NCBI GenBank assembly: GCA_020536535.1
Contig: JAHLWZ010000470.1
Span: forward strand, 62,001-126,000
Direction of reading: 5' to 3'
From: Pelomyxa schiedti
Taxonomy: Eukaryota; Protista; Evosea
DNA: 64,000 nt
Shown here: piece after piece, positions 39,594-49,900 of the stretch
Layout of the letters: each line of letters begins with the position of its first letter
How positions within the stretch are numbered: the stretch's first letter is position 1
Program-made: the position numbers and the translations under genes
Notes under the pieces: model-generated
The model's database searches: none
What the model was told of the DNA's origin: nothing
The model's input: only the letters and a program-made list of their open reading frames with translations

Positions 39594-40877
39594 ATGTCGG
39601 GGTTGGCAGCTGTTGTGCCGCCAGGCAGTAGTTCCCTGCTCAGCCAGATCCACGAAGCATGCGGCAGGATCCCCAGTTCGATAGAGAATGACCCGGAGGA
39701 CGAGTCGGCCTTCCGGTTGCTGGACTCCCTTTTGTCTCGCTACGATGGTGCGGTCGACTGGGCGATGCTGTCATCGGCGTGCACGGCCGGAAACCTGCGG
39801 GCGGTTACTGCGCTCCTAGATCGCGTCGCGCGCCTCGACTGCATCGGCAACACCACGTGGGCCGACCCAGATCCCGCCGCAATCGCGTCGGCGAACGCGC
39901 GCGAACCCGGCGCCGCAGATCCGGACGCGCCGGCGCTGGTGCCGCACCCGCTGTGGATGGCCGCGGGCGGCGGGCACGTCGCGTGCGTGTCGGCGATGCT
40001 CGACGCCGACGACAAGCGCGGCAGCCGGATCCCGTGGCGCTGCCTGGCTCAGGCTCTCGACATCGCGCTGCGGCGAGACAGGGGAGATGTTGCGGATGTG
40101 CTGCTGAGCAGGAGGAGCCCGGCGGCGGCGACCGCGACCGCGACCGCGACCGCGACGGCGGCGGCGAGCGCGTACAAGGAAGTGGTGGCGTCCGCGCTCC
40201 CGGCTATGTTTACGTTCCGGAACCACGCTGCGCTGGCGGTGCTGCTGGCGAAAAACATGGTGGCGCTGGACGTGGTCGCTACCGCAGAGAGCGAAGCCGC
40301 GGACAACCCGCTGGAGGCGCTGGCGGCGCTCGGCATCGACGTAGCTAGCGCCAAGAGGCCTGGCGCAAAGGACACTACCTCCGGCCAGAGTATGGAAGAG
40401 GACGTGGTTCTTCTGGCATGCAAGAGTGACGATAGGGACGGGGTCATGATGCTACTGGAAGCAGGGGCGCCGGTACCTCCTGGCTCACTGAGGGAAACCA
40501 AGCTAGTGGCGATGATGGGTTGGGGCTGCCTTTACCAAGCATTACAGAAACAAAAGGACAAAATCGCAGAAACCACTACACCTACACCTACGCAATTAAA
40601 TACCAACACAACTACACTACAAAATACCCCCCAGTCCGAAGCGGCGGCTGCACAAGTGCCCTCGCAACCAGTTCCAATCAAGGATATGACAGTAACCGAA
40701 CTTGGGCAATACATTACCCAGAAGTACCCCAAGCTCGCGGACTGTGTCCCGCTGTTTCAACAGGAGAAAATTGACGGCTCAGCATTCTTGATGCTAACTC
40801 AAACAGACCTCAAGGAACTCGGTTTACCAATGGGTCACAGGAAGAACCTATTGGCTGTGATTGCATCGGCACATTGA
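39594..40877 (+). CDS. Ankyrin-repeat protein with C-terminal SAM domain (single exon)
   Basis: Ankyrin-like 'SACTAGNLRAVTALL', 'PLWMAAGGGHVACVSAML', 'ALDIALRRDRGDVADVLL', 'LLEAGA'; SAM 'MTVTELGQYI...FQQEKIDGSAFLMLTQTDLKELGLPMGHRKNLL'. Confidence 0.88.
   Translation: MSGLAAVVPPGSSSLLSQIHEACGRIPSSIENDPEDESAFRLLDSLLSRYDGAVDWAMLSSACTAGNLRAVTALLDRVARLDCIGNTTWADPDPAAIASANAREPGAADPDAPALVPHPLWMAAGGGHVACVSAMLDADDKRGSRIPWRCLAQALDIALRRDRGDVADVLLSRRSPAAATATATATATAAASAYKEVVASALPAMFTFRNHAALAVLLAKNMVALDVVATAESEAADNPLEALAALGIDVASAKRPGAKDTTSGQSMEEDVVLLACKSDDRDGVMMLLEAGAPVPPGSLRETKLVAMMGWGCLYQALQKQKDKIAETTTPTPTQLNTNTTTLQNTPQSEAAAAQVPSQPVPIKDMTVTELGQYITQKYPKLADCVPLFQQEKIDGSAFLMLTQTDLKELGLPMGHRKNLLAVIASAH
40128..40157 (+). 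repeat. (GCGACC)n coding hexamer repeat encoding Ala-Thr repeats
   Basis: gcgaccgcgaccgcgaccgcgaccgcgacg within the ankyrin-SAM ORF. Confidence 0.9.
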
Positions 40878-41158
40878 GCCGTTTTCGCCCTTGTAGATTT
40901 ATATTGTACCCCGCAACTGCGGTCAAACGTGACGTGGAAAAATATTTCATAGCTTTATAAGCAGGAGATTTTCGAGCCATTTCAATGCATAATTAAGTAA
41001 AAATTCGAAGCGGAGGGCCATCAAAAACAAACAACACCAAAACAAAAAAAAAAACAAAGCAAAGAAATTTCCTTCTTTGAACGACAATACCAGTAATGTT
41101 GGCAATAAACGAGACGACCACCGGGCCGCAAACAACAACAGCAGCAGGCAGGGGAGTG

Positions 41159-42439
41159 ATGCCAAAAGTGACACCTCAACGACCGCACACGAAGGAGATC
41201 TCGTACCTGGAGTTAAATGCCACAGAAGCACAACAAATACGAAGACAGAGACTCGTGAGACCAGGTGGTACCAGGGGCCGGGGCCGTGGCTGTGTTGGTG
41301 TTGGCGGTGGCGGTGGCGTTTTGTCGCAAGTACGAATTCCGGGCGCGCCAGCAACGACAGCAATGAAACATATTGGCATGTCTGTGGACCAACACGACGA
41401 AGAGAACGAATACACAGCCTTACGTGGGGCGGACGACGACGATGAAAATACTGAAGAAGTGGCGGAAGAATCACTGGGCGATGAGGAATTTGCGGTAAAT
41501 ACACAGTGTTACGACAACATCCCATTGCCAGTCCCACGTAAGTTCTTTTTTTTCCACCCTTCTTATCCTTCTTATTCCCTATTAGAAGAGACTGCTGACA
41601 AACTCTACTCTATTTGTTCTTCATCAGTGAGTTCTTTTTTTTCTTTCTTTCCCTTCCCTTTTATTTACCTATTTGCAGCTTGATTCGTATAATGCGGGCA
41701 AGGTGACTGGAATGATAATAGATGCTCATAAATTGTGCCCGAGTACACTCCAAAAGCTGGTAGGGGACCAAGATAGGCTTATTACAGTCATTAAGCAGTG
41801 CCTTCAAAGTTTGTTCTCACCTCATTTTCAACTGGTGTAATTCTGGTTCACAGTTTTGGAAAAAGACGAATTGCAGTTTATTGAACTTCTTGGAACCCGA
41901 ATACATTCAAGGCTGAGAACCAGGTTTCCTGCTCATGTGGATAAGATCACGGGCATGATTATAAGTGCATGTGTGCAACACTACAGCTTTTGATTGTTTG
42001 CTCACACTACACAGACTCTTCTATGGGACCAATGGGGCTAAGACAGCTCGCCGAACTTCTGAATGACGAAACTGCCTTCAATAAGGAGGTCTTGACTGCT
42101 TGCAGTGTTCTCCAAAAATCCAAGACGGAAGTTAACAGCAACTCTCCTCCGTCTGTGAATTCAACTCTTTCCCCGCAACTGCTATCAGCCAACTAGGTCG
42201 CCCAGAGAGCCCACAGTTTCCTCCTATGTTGTACAAATAATAGACAAAGATTCTTTCTCAGTCATTCCTGGTTCACTTGCGTGCGAAAACAACTCTGCAG
42301 GTGGTACGAACATAATTAAAAACCAATGACTCCCTCCTAAAACCAAACAACACCTCAAAACAGACAAAATCAGAAGCCAAGAACTTTGGTGCTTTGGCTA
42401 CCAAGGCTCAAGGTACAGAAACAAGCCACCTTCTGTGAA
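41159..42439 (+). CDS. Protein with two MLLE (PABC) domains, Gly/Arg-rich N-terminus and no RRMs
   Basis: MLLE1 'ADKLYSIC...NAGKVTGMIID'; MLLE2 'LLGTRIHSRL..RFPAHVDKITGMII...LAELLNDETAFNKEVLTACSVL'. 3' end approximate. Confidence 0.7.
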
Positions 42440-42647
42440 TAGTGTGAATTTTGTAAATAAACAATTGCAATTCGACAATTCGACATTCCGACATTTCAAT
42501 TTGCGCCTTCCCCTGACTCAAAATAAATTCCGCTCCCCAGCTAGTCATTGCTTACATTCATAAGAAAACACACCAACACAATAACACAACAAAGTGAAGT
42601 ATCAACAACAAAGAGACCAAACCATAGCAACGTACTACCACCAAACA

Positions 42648-43378
42648 ATGTCTACAGAAACAGTGAGTGCGGGCAATGGGTTGCGTGACATGTTGAAGCA
42701 GTACATCAGCACCACAGAGTACCGCCGTGGTTGTGCTGTGGGTATCAACAACTGGACAGGCCTCTCACTCACAAACCCCCAAGTCCACGTGGTGCATGGC
42801 AACATGGGAATCAAGGAATTGCCGCAAGAAGTTCCTGTATGTTGTTTGTGTTTCTAACTATGGCCCAGTGATTAACCTTGTGTGTGAATGGAATGGTGAA
42901 TAGTTCTATTATATGTAATAACATACCCACTGTGGTTTATAACTGGTATATTCAAACAAACAGACTGGAATGGCTGTTCCGCTCATATTTGAGAAGACTG
43001 GGTGGGTCATGGTTGGCAGTGCTGGGGTTGTGACCTATGACATTGGGGCTACTGGTCAGCGGGTTGCGGTCATGTGGATGGTTCCTTGGCATCACCACAT
43101 TTGGGACAAGTGGTTCAATGTTCGCATAGTGCCATGTGGGGTATGCTCTTGGTCTATTTCGCTTTTCTTCCAAATAGTTTTGACCTTGCCTTTGTACTTA
43201 CATGCACGAAAAACAGTCCACAAATCATAGATTGTACCATCGCATGTATCATGAGGAGAGGGCACAGAGGGCCACAGAGGGGAAGATGACTCGTGAGGAG
43301 AAGGGATTCTTGCTTGACGCCGAGATGACCAATGATGACATAGCCACTTTGACTGTAGACCTCCACAAGGCTAAGTGA
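42648..43378 (+). CDS. Actinoporin-like (anemone cytolysin family) protein, 175 aa, 3 exons (42648-42836, 42964-43140, 43217-43378)
   Basis: Spliced product: 'RRGCAVGINNWTG..L.NPQV....G....LPQEVP....LIFEKT....GSAGVVTYDI.....RVAVMWMVPWHHHIWDKWFNVRI......HRLYHRMY...GFLLDAEMTNDDIATLTVDL'. Colinear with actinoporin RKIAVGIDNESG / LPEFVP / GAVAAFAY / [20 protein letters not shown] / MYEDLYY / MTSAGEAKMQI. Confidence 0.85.
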
Positions 43379-43478
43379 ACCCTGTAGTAGAACACACCAA
43401 CCTTTGTTTGTTGCTTGGAGAAAATAGAAGAGACTGTAATTCCAGATGTTTAGTTTTGGAATCCTTTATCTAGGTGAA

Positions 43479-45180
43479 TTACACATGCGAGCACGGGTTT
43501 GTTTGCGTTTTGAGTTCAAAGGAACTTGGCGTGGGGAAGAGTTCACAACTGGAAGGTGTGAGATAGAAGAATATAGGAACTGCAGCTTACAATTTTTCCT
43601 CCAAGAAGTCTATTTCCTTTTTGGAGGCAGGATCATCACCGAGTCCATCCTGCAGACATGCACAGTAGGGCCTACTAGCTATAGTCTTCCACACAGCAAC
43701 ATTATTGGAGTGGTCGGAAGTCCAAGAACCTCCGGAATTGTAGCCTTTGGCTATCTACAAGAAATTTAGTATGCATATGAAAATAGAGGACAAGCAACAG
43801 TGGCATGGAATTCCTCCAGGGCAACGTTTGCATGAAGGAAGGGAAAGGCTGTATCATTTCCATTTCGGAATCTATGTGAAGAAGTCACATCGAATTCTGT
43901 GAATAATCGTCACATGGAATTGTTAAACTTGAGATATAAACCAACCACGCTTCCATCTCTGATAAATTGTCTCAGAAATTTCAGTATTGATGAAGTAGCA
44001 GTAATGCCCTGCGAAATGGTGCTTTATTACTGTGGTGGCTTCTGGATTATAGTATGCATTTATCAAGTCGTTAGAGTGCCCCACAGAGCGAAACCAGGAA
44101 TTTTTTTTTGCTCTTTCAGGATTGGGTGCCCTGAAAAAGAATTTCATGTTTGTCTTGACAAGAAAAATGGTAGGTTTACCACTCACATGGCGGATTCCAT
44201 GTAGACCTGAAGCCTGTATTAGAGCGAGAATGGTGGATGGAAGGTAAATTGCCTTTAAGTGCTTTTCTACTGGGTTGAAAAAGTGGTCTTTGGGAATGGC
44301 ACGGCCAAAGAACATGTCATCATTTAGATACACAAAGCAAGGTGCAATGCCTGTGGGAAAACATTTAAAGGGGTAAAAATAAAGTGTGCACATACCAGGA
44401 ATATTATGAAGATTGGCTTCAATGGCATTCGAGTTGAAAGTTGGAAGGTTGGAGGGCGTTTTGAAAATTTGGCTGTGTGTGACAATTCGGAGTCTGGGAG
44501 ATGATGTATTTGCCCAAGTTGGTACCTGTGGAGAAATTGGTGATCAGAAAGGAGGGTAGTTCAACCTGCCCGTTTGTGACAATGATAATATTCCGAAAAT
44601 GGGGCATGAACTTCTCAACAGAACGCACAGAAAAGCTTGAGATGTGTTAGCATTCCCTGGTATATTATGAGATTGCATACCGCAAAACTCCATAGTCTCT
44701 CAGTCTCCGTAAAGTGTTGTTATTTATTTTGGTATAGCTGCGGGGTACTTGAGTGGAAATTGATAAAAAGACAGGTGCAACTTGGCAAGAATTCTAAGAA
44801 AGCCAGGATCTGATCCATTTACCCAGGTGTATACAACATCAACAGGATCGCAATATCCCGCCTCATTCACAACACTAGGAACAATCAAATCGTTGTGATG
44901 AGCACTTGGCTTCTCAGTGCTTTTTTTTTTTTTGAAAATGTCATTACATTTTGTTCCGATCGGCCCTCGCTGCAAAGAAGAGAAAAATTTACCTGGAAGT
45001 ATAAGAATCGTTGCGTGGTCTGACGACACCGCCGTCGAAATTCACCAGCTGGTGTTCCCTCGGCTGGTCATTATGGGTTTGCTGTGCATCTGTGCCTGTG
45101 GTAGTCCTGAGGCTGTGCCACATTACCAGATTGGCCACAAGCCAAAGAACGACAAAAACCACAACCCACGCCCGCACCAT
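43479..45180 (-). CDS. Stealth family hexose-1-phosphate transferase (GNPTAB/XcbA/CpsY-like), type II membrane protein
   Basis: N-terminal signal anchor; CR1 'PVDVVYTWVNGSDP'; CR2 '[29 protein letters not shown]...PTFNSNAIEANLHNIPGI..CFVYLNDDMFFG'; C-terminal 'LFPTPSSFE'. Confidence 0.92.
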
Positions 45181-45461
45181 CCTGGGCTGTGACCACGAAA
45201 ATGACAGCGTTCCGGTCAGTTGATTATTGTTAAATTCAGAAAAATAAAAGCGTTTGGCAGTTGATTACCCAGGCGACTTCACCCCTGGCACTTGGCGGGA
45301 TCAAAGATTTCAGCCGTTCTTCTTCAACATCCGTTTGCGCGTAGAGATGAGTTCACCGGCAAAGTACAGCCTAACCCCTTTTTACTGGACTTCTCTTTCA
45401 GGGCTCGGTTTTGTGAGAAAGTTTTTCTCACAGTTTGGACATTATGGGAAAAGGTTATTGC

Positions 45462-46754
45462 TTAGTCCAAAAGAGAGCAGTGTTGGTTGAGAGTGAAGGC
45501 CCCTGTTGGTAGGAACGAGGATACATCTAATGTGACCACAACCTTCCCTGATGTTGCTTCCATCACCACCACATATTGCTCTCTCACCGCAAACAGTAAC
45601 CCACAAATTCCACCAACAAACTGGTCGAAAATTGCATCCGTCTGTATGCACCTCAGTGGTTGGTCAGTGTTGTTGCAGTCCCACAGCTGGTATGACGTCG
45701 GCTTGGCTGCAGCGGTGCAGAACAAGCAGCCGCTGATTTGTGACAGGTATAGGCACTGTTCTGTGACCTTCTTCACCTCGCCGGTTGTGGAATCGACCTG
45801 GTAGACAATGCGGTCACATGAATAGTACCCAATCGGCTTCATAATGAAAACAACAGCTCCGTCCGTCTTCTCCCTCCTCATAATCAGTGTAAAGTCGCAC
45901 GTGAACGAGAACCCACAACTGTGATATTGCACCCAACTAGTTGTCGTGGACATGGTCATGAATAGCCGGCCGGTTTTGTAAGTCTTCGGCACATCAATCA
46001 AAGTGAAATCCACGTTCCAGTTATCCTTGATAAGCACAACGGCCTCGTCAGGAACCATCTTGTTGAAGAAAACACCGGATACGGTGATCCCGATTTCAGA
46101 TGTCAACTTCACAGAAACAGGTGGCTCTGCGGTTTCGTCACTTTCCGCCCCGGGTTCTACTTTCGAGATCACGAGGCTGCACCCCGGCTCCCCTGTATTG
46201 TAGTAGTAGTAGCTCGGCGCCTCGCCGGAGGCTATGCACCACTTATGGGTCGCTGCCGGCGCGGCTCCATACAAGCACCACAATTTGCTTTGGACGGTGA
46301 CTGCGCCGCGATCTTCAGTCATCCTCCTGAGGGCGAAGGGGTCCCTGAAGGAGCCAATGCTGCCCCCCTTGAGCAGGTACGTCGCGGGCGTGACCCAGTG
46401 CCGCAGGCCGGTCCTGCTGCACTCGATGCACTCGGACGTGAGCCCCAGCGTGGACCGAGACACCCCGAGGGACACGGACCACGACTCGTGCGCCCGGTAG
46501 CGGGGCTCCAGGACCGCCGTGAGCCGCGCCTCCGCCGCGGAGCGGGACGCCACGTGGTCGCGCCAGAGCAGCTGCGCCAGGGTGGTGGAGGAGCAGAACT
46601 GGCGGGCGGGGCTGCCGGCGCCGCAGCGGGGGTGGGAGGACGCCAGCAGGGCCAGGAGCTGGTGGCGGGCGGTCGTCGCGGGCGGGGCTACGAGCTGCAC
46701 GTGGGGCGCTGCCGTGACCCCAAACTCCATCGGCGGGCTCAAGGGGCGCGCCAT
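45462..46754 (-). CDS. Intronless member of a lineage-expanded family (helical N-terminal motif plus beta-rich C-terminus), function unknown
   Basis: 430-aa ORF; N-terminal 'ARHQLLALLASSHPRCG.SPA' and C-terminal 'LWDCNNTDQPLRCI...GLLF...VVMEATSGKVVV' recalled from the large Pelomyxa hypothetical family. Confidence 0.75.
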   Translation of the reverse strand: MARPLSPPMEFGVTAAPHVQLVAPPATTARHQLLALLASSHPRCGAGSPARQFCSSTTLAQLLWRDHVASRSAAEARLTAVLEPRYRAHESWSVSLGVSRSTLGLTSECIECSRTGLRHWVTPATYLLKGGSIGSFRDPFALRRMTEDRGAVTVQSKLWCLYGAAPAATHKWCIASGEAPSYYYYNTGEPGCSLVISKVEPGAESDETAEPPVSVKLTSEIGITVSGVFFNKMVPDEAVVLIKDNWNVDFTLIDVPKTYKTGRLFMTMSTTTSWVQYHSCGFSFTCDFTLIMRREKTDGAVVFIMKPIGYYSCDRIVYQVDSTTGEVKKVTEQCLYLSQISGCLFCTAAAKPTSYQLWDCNNTDQPLRCIQTDAIFDQFVGGICGLLFAVREQYVVVMEATSGKVVVTLDVSSFLPTGAFTLNQHCSLLD

Positions 46755-46949
46755 TTCACCAGTCTAACGGCTTTTTCCGTAATGGCGATCAGGGTAGAAC
46801 ACCAAAATTCCACCGAGAACCAGAACCCGCTCCAGGTGCTTGTGAAGAGCCTCTTCCAACACGCCAGAACCCAGACACTCTGCCGCCCCGAAAACTCAGA
46901 TTTCAAAGAACCATTGAGATTCTCAAAGCCATCGGACGCGTCGAGGAAG

Positions 46950-49900
46950 ATGCGGACTATGACGGGGCAGCAACAACAACAGGGGACGACACCAACGACT
47001 CCGCCAGGGACACGTGTTCGGACGCTTTTGGATGAGGGCGGGGGGGGAGGAGGAGGGGGAGGGGGAGGGAGCGGTGTGATTGGCAAGTACCCTAGGCCAC
47101 GAGGGGGCGGGGGGGGCACGAGGGGGGGCACCGCCCTCGTGCGGCGTCTGGATCCCCCTCACCAGTCCATGGTGTGCAAGGGCCCCTTGAGGAGGTAAAA
47201 CCCCCTGCCTGCCTGCCTGCCTGCCCTGCATGTTGTTGCATTGATTAGTTGCCATTTATTAATAGCGGCTCTCCCTTGCGTAATTTTTTTTTTTTTTTTC
47301 CCCCTCAACACCTGAGTGCTTGAAAACAAGGTGTGACCCTTCTACAGCCATTACTGAGGAGTACCAAGTTTATAGGTTATCTGTGAATACTCCGAAATAA
47401 TAAAATACTATTTAAAAAAGAACGAGAACTCATTTGTATACAGTGAGATTGGTCCTCATAGCAATATTGTATTTTGTCATGGGTTGGCTGAAGTCGATGG
47501 TGTAGTGCACTTGATACTTGCCTACCACAGTATTCTATTGTCTACTTTCTTGGAAGAGCAAAAGGACACTCTTTCTTGGAGGTTCTTCCAAAAAAAAAAA
47601 AAAAAGGGAAATAAATGATCAATGACTTTCCATTACAGCCAGCGCCTGCAGCTGGCCAATGGAATGGCTTCTGCCTTAGATTATGTGCACTCAAAAGGAT
47701 TTTTGCACTGTGATGTCAAATCAAATAATTTCATGGTTTGTGGCATCCAACCACTAATGAATACTAACAGTTCTCGCAAAGTTGGAACAGCAAGGGGACC
47801 AATTGATTCCCAAACTTTTTGATCTGGGTTCAGCCAGAAGGATTGGGTTGATAATTTACCAATAACTGCACAAAAAAAAAACTCATCACCACTCAGGGTG
47901 GTTGTTAAAGACACCACTGTAGCAGAGACCTTACGCTGGACAGCTCCAGAAGTGATTGTTGAGGGTACCTATACAACAAAGTGTGATGTGTACTCCTATG
48001 GCATAACTTTATGGGAGCTCATAGAAGGAGAAACCCCATTCCCTGTGGAACAAGATGATAGGTACAATTTCTTATGAGAGAAATGTATTTTTCATAGCTC
48101 TTCAAGTGATATCCGTGAATTGATTATTGCAGGGGAGAGGCCTGTTATTCCCTCATATTGTCCCATACCATTTGCACGAATAATCAAGTTATGTTGGTCA
48201 CCCACTCCAGGGAATCGCCCAGAATTCAGAGAAATAAAAAATGTTCTTTCACAAATTGGTACTCAGTACTCCCTTCTCTGTTTATGTCCAATGCCTTGTA
48301 GAAATGACTGGTTTTGATTCTCTAGCAAACCATTCAACCACTGACCTCTTGGAAATGCTCAATTCTGTGGAGGATGAAAAATTATGCTTTATTCTTGGGT
48401 TGCTGGAAAAACTATGCAGGAAGGCCCCCCTTGATGCCATGAATATGATGCAACAAATTGGCTCAAAACTGGAAATTTTCCTTTCCTCTGGGAAGTCAGA
48501 ATTACGGACAAGGTAACAAGAAACCAAATTTTGATTGACAATTTATTTCTGCCAAGCACAATCGCTTTTCTTGGGTTGCTTGTAACTCAGTGTGCACCTA
48601 ATATTACAATTCGCCCAATTATTGAGGCCATTATTTTCCATGAGACAGACCCTGTACTTTTGAAGTTGTCACTATCAGTTTACTCTTTTAGTATGTTGCG
48701 AAGAGGAGTGGGTAAAAATTACTTACAATCCTTAGTTGCTGAACCCTGTGCAGTATCACTAGAAAGAGTGAAGGCCCATATTACTTCAGAGTATTTGTGT
48801 GTTAAAATGAGTGCCCTGGACGCATATGCCACATTGGCAAAGAGACTTAAATGTACTTCCGTATCTGTATTTTAGCATTCTCATTCTTGACTTTCCTTGA
48901 GGAAGGTGCAGAGATGGCAGATCTTTGTGGAAACCATTTACCTTTCTTGTCTTCAGTGCTGATCAACACAAAAGTTCCACGTGATGTAAGCCTGCATATA
49001 TTTGAGGTACCAGGCCAGCTTCACTTGCTTTCTGAAGACAACTGTTTGAAATGTAGGTTGTAGATCAATTGATAAGCATTGATAGTGGCTGGGATCCTAT
49101 TTGGTTTTCCGAGTTTACGGTATGCCTCGAATTTGAAATTGCGTACTCACTTCTGTTAGGAACATCAACAAGCGTACTTCTTCTTGATGGTATGTGCGCA
49201 TACACGGCGATCTGATTTTGTGGTATATTTTTGCAGCAAGCTGTGCTATGCGATCACAAAATGTAATTTTCATTGACAAGTCACTACCTTACTCCTTACT
49301 CCTTACTCCTTACTCTTCTCCACTGCCAGCATACTCCTTCAGAGACGAATTTATACAAGCAAATAATCTTATAAACTGGGGCAAAATTTCATCACTGTTT
49401 GATTTTACACTTTGGGATAATTTAAATACAACTTCCTTCAATATGGCACTTGAAGGAGTATGTGTATTTTTTTTTCAACTCTCAGAAAGGTATCAAGCCA
49501 TTTACAGCCCTTTTTTTTTTAATCTTGTCCTCTGCTTCAGTCCACAGACGTTTTTGTTACCCCTGAACACAAAGGAGTCACTTGAGCTAGTGAAGTGGCT
49601 AAATCGTCTTTCTACGCCATACGCATCAACTGCCCTACTTAATTTATTGCTCCTTGTGCAATCTTATATCTCGAAGATTGGTGTGCACTAGTGAAGGGAA
49701 ATGAAACGTTAACCATGCAACCAAGGAGATCAGACACTATTGCAAGCATTTCGGCCTGGAATTCTGTCATGTGTTCTCGATATCGCCTGCAACACTACTG
49801 ACACACAGGTGGCATACGTTTGTTTGTCATTTGTTATCAATTTGCTAGAACGAAGTACATCTCTAATCTTAAAAATCCAATAAATATACCCCTTAGTGCA

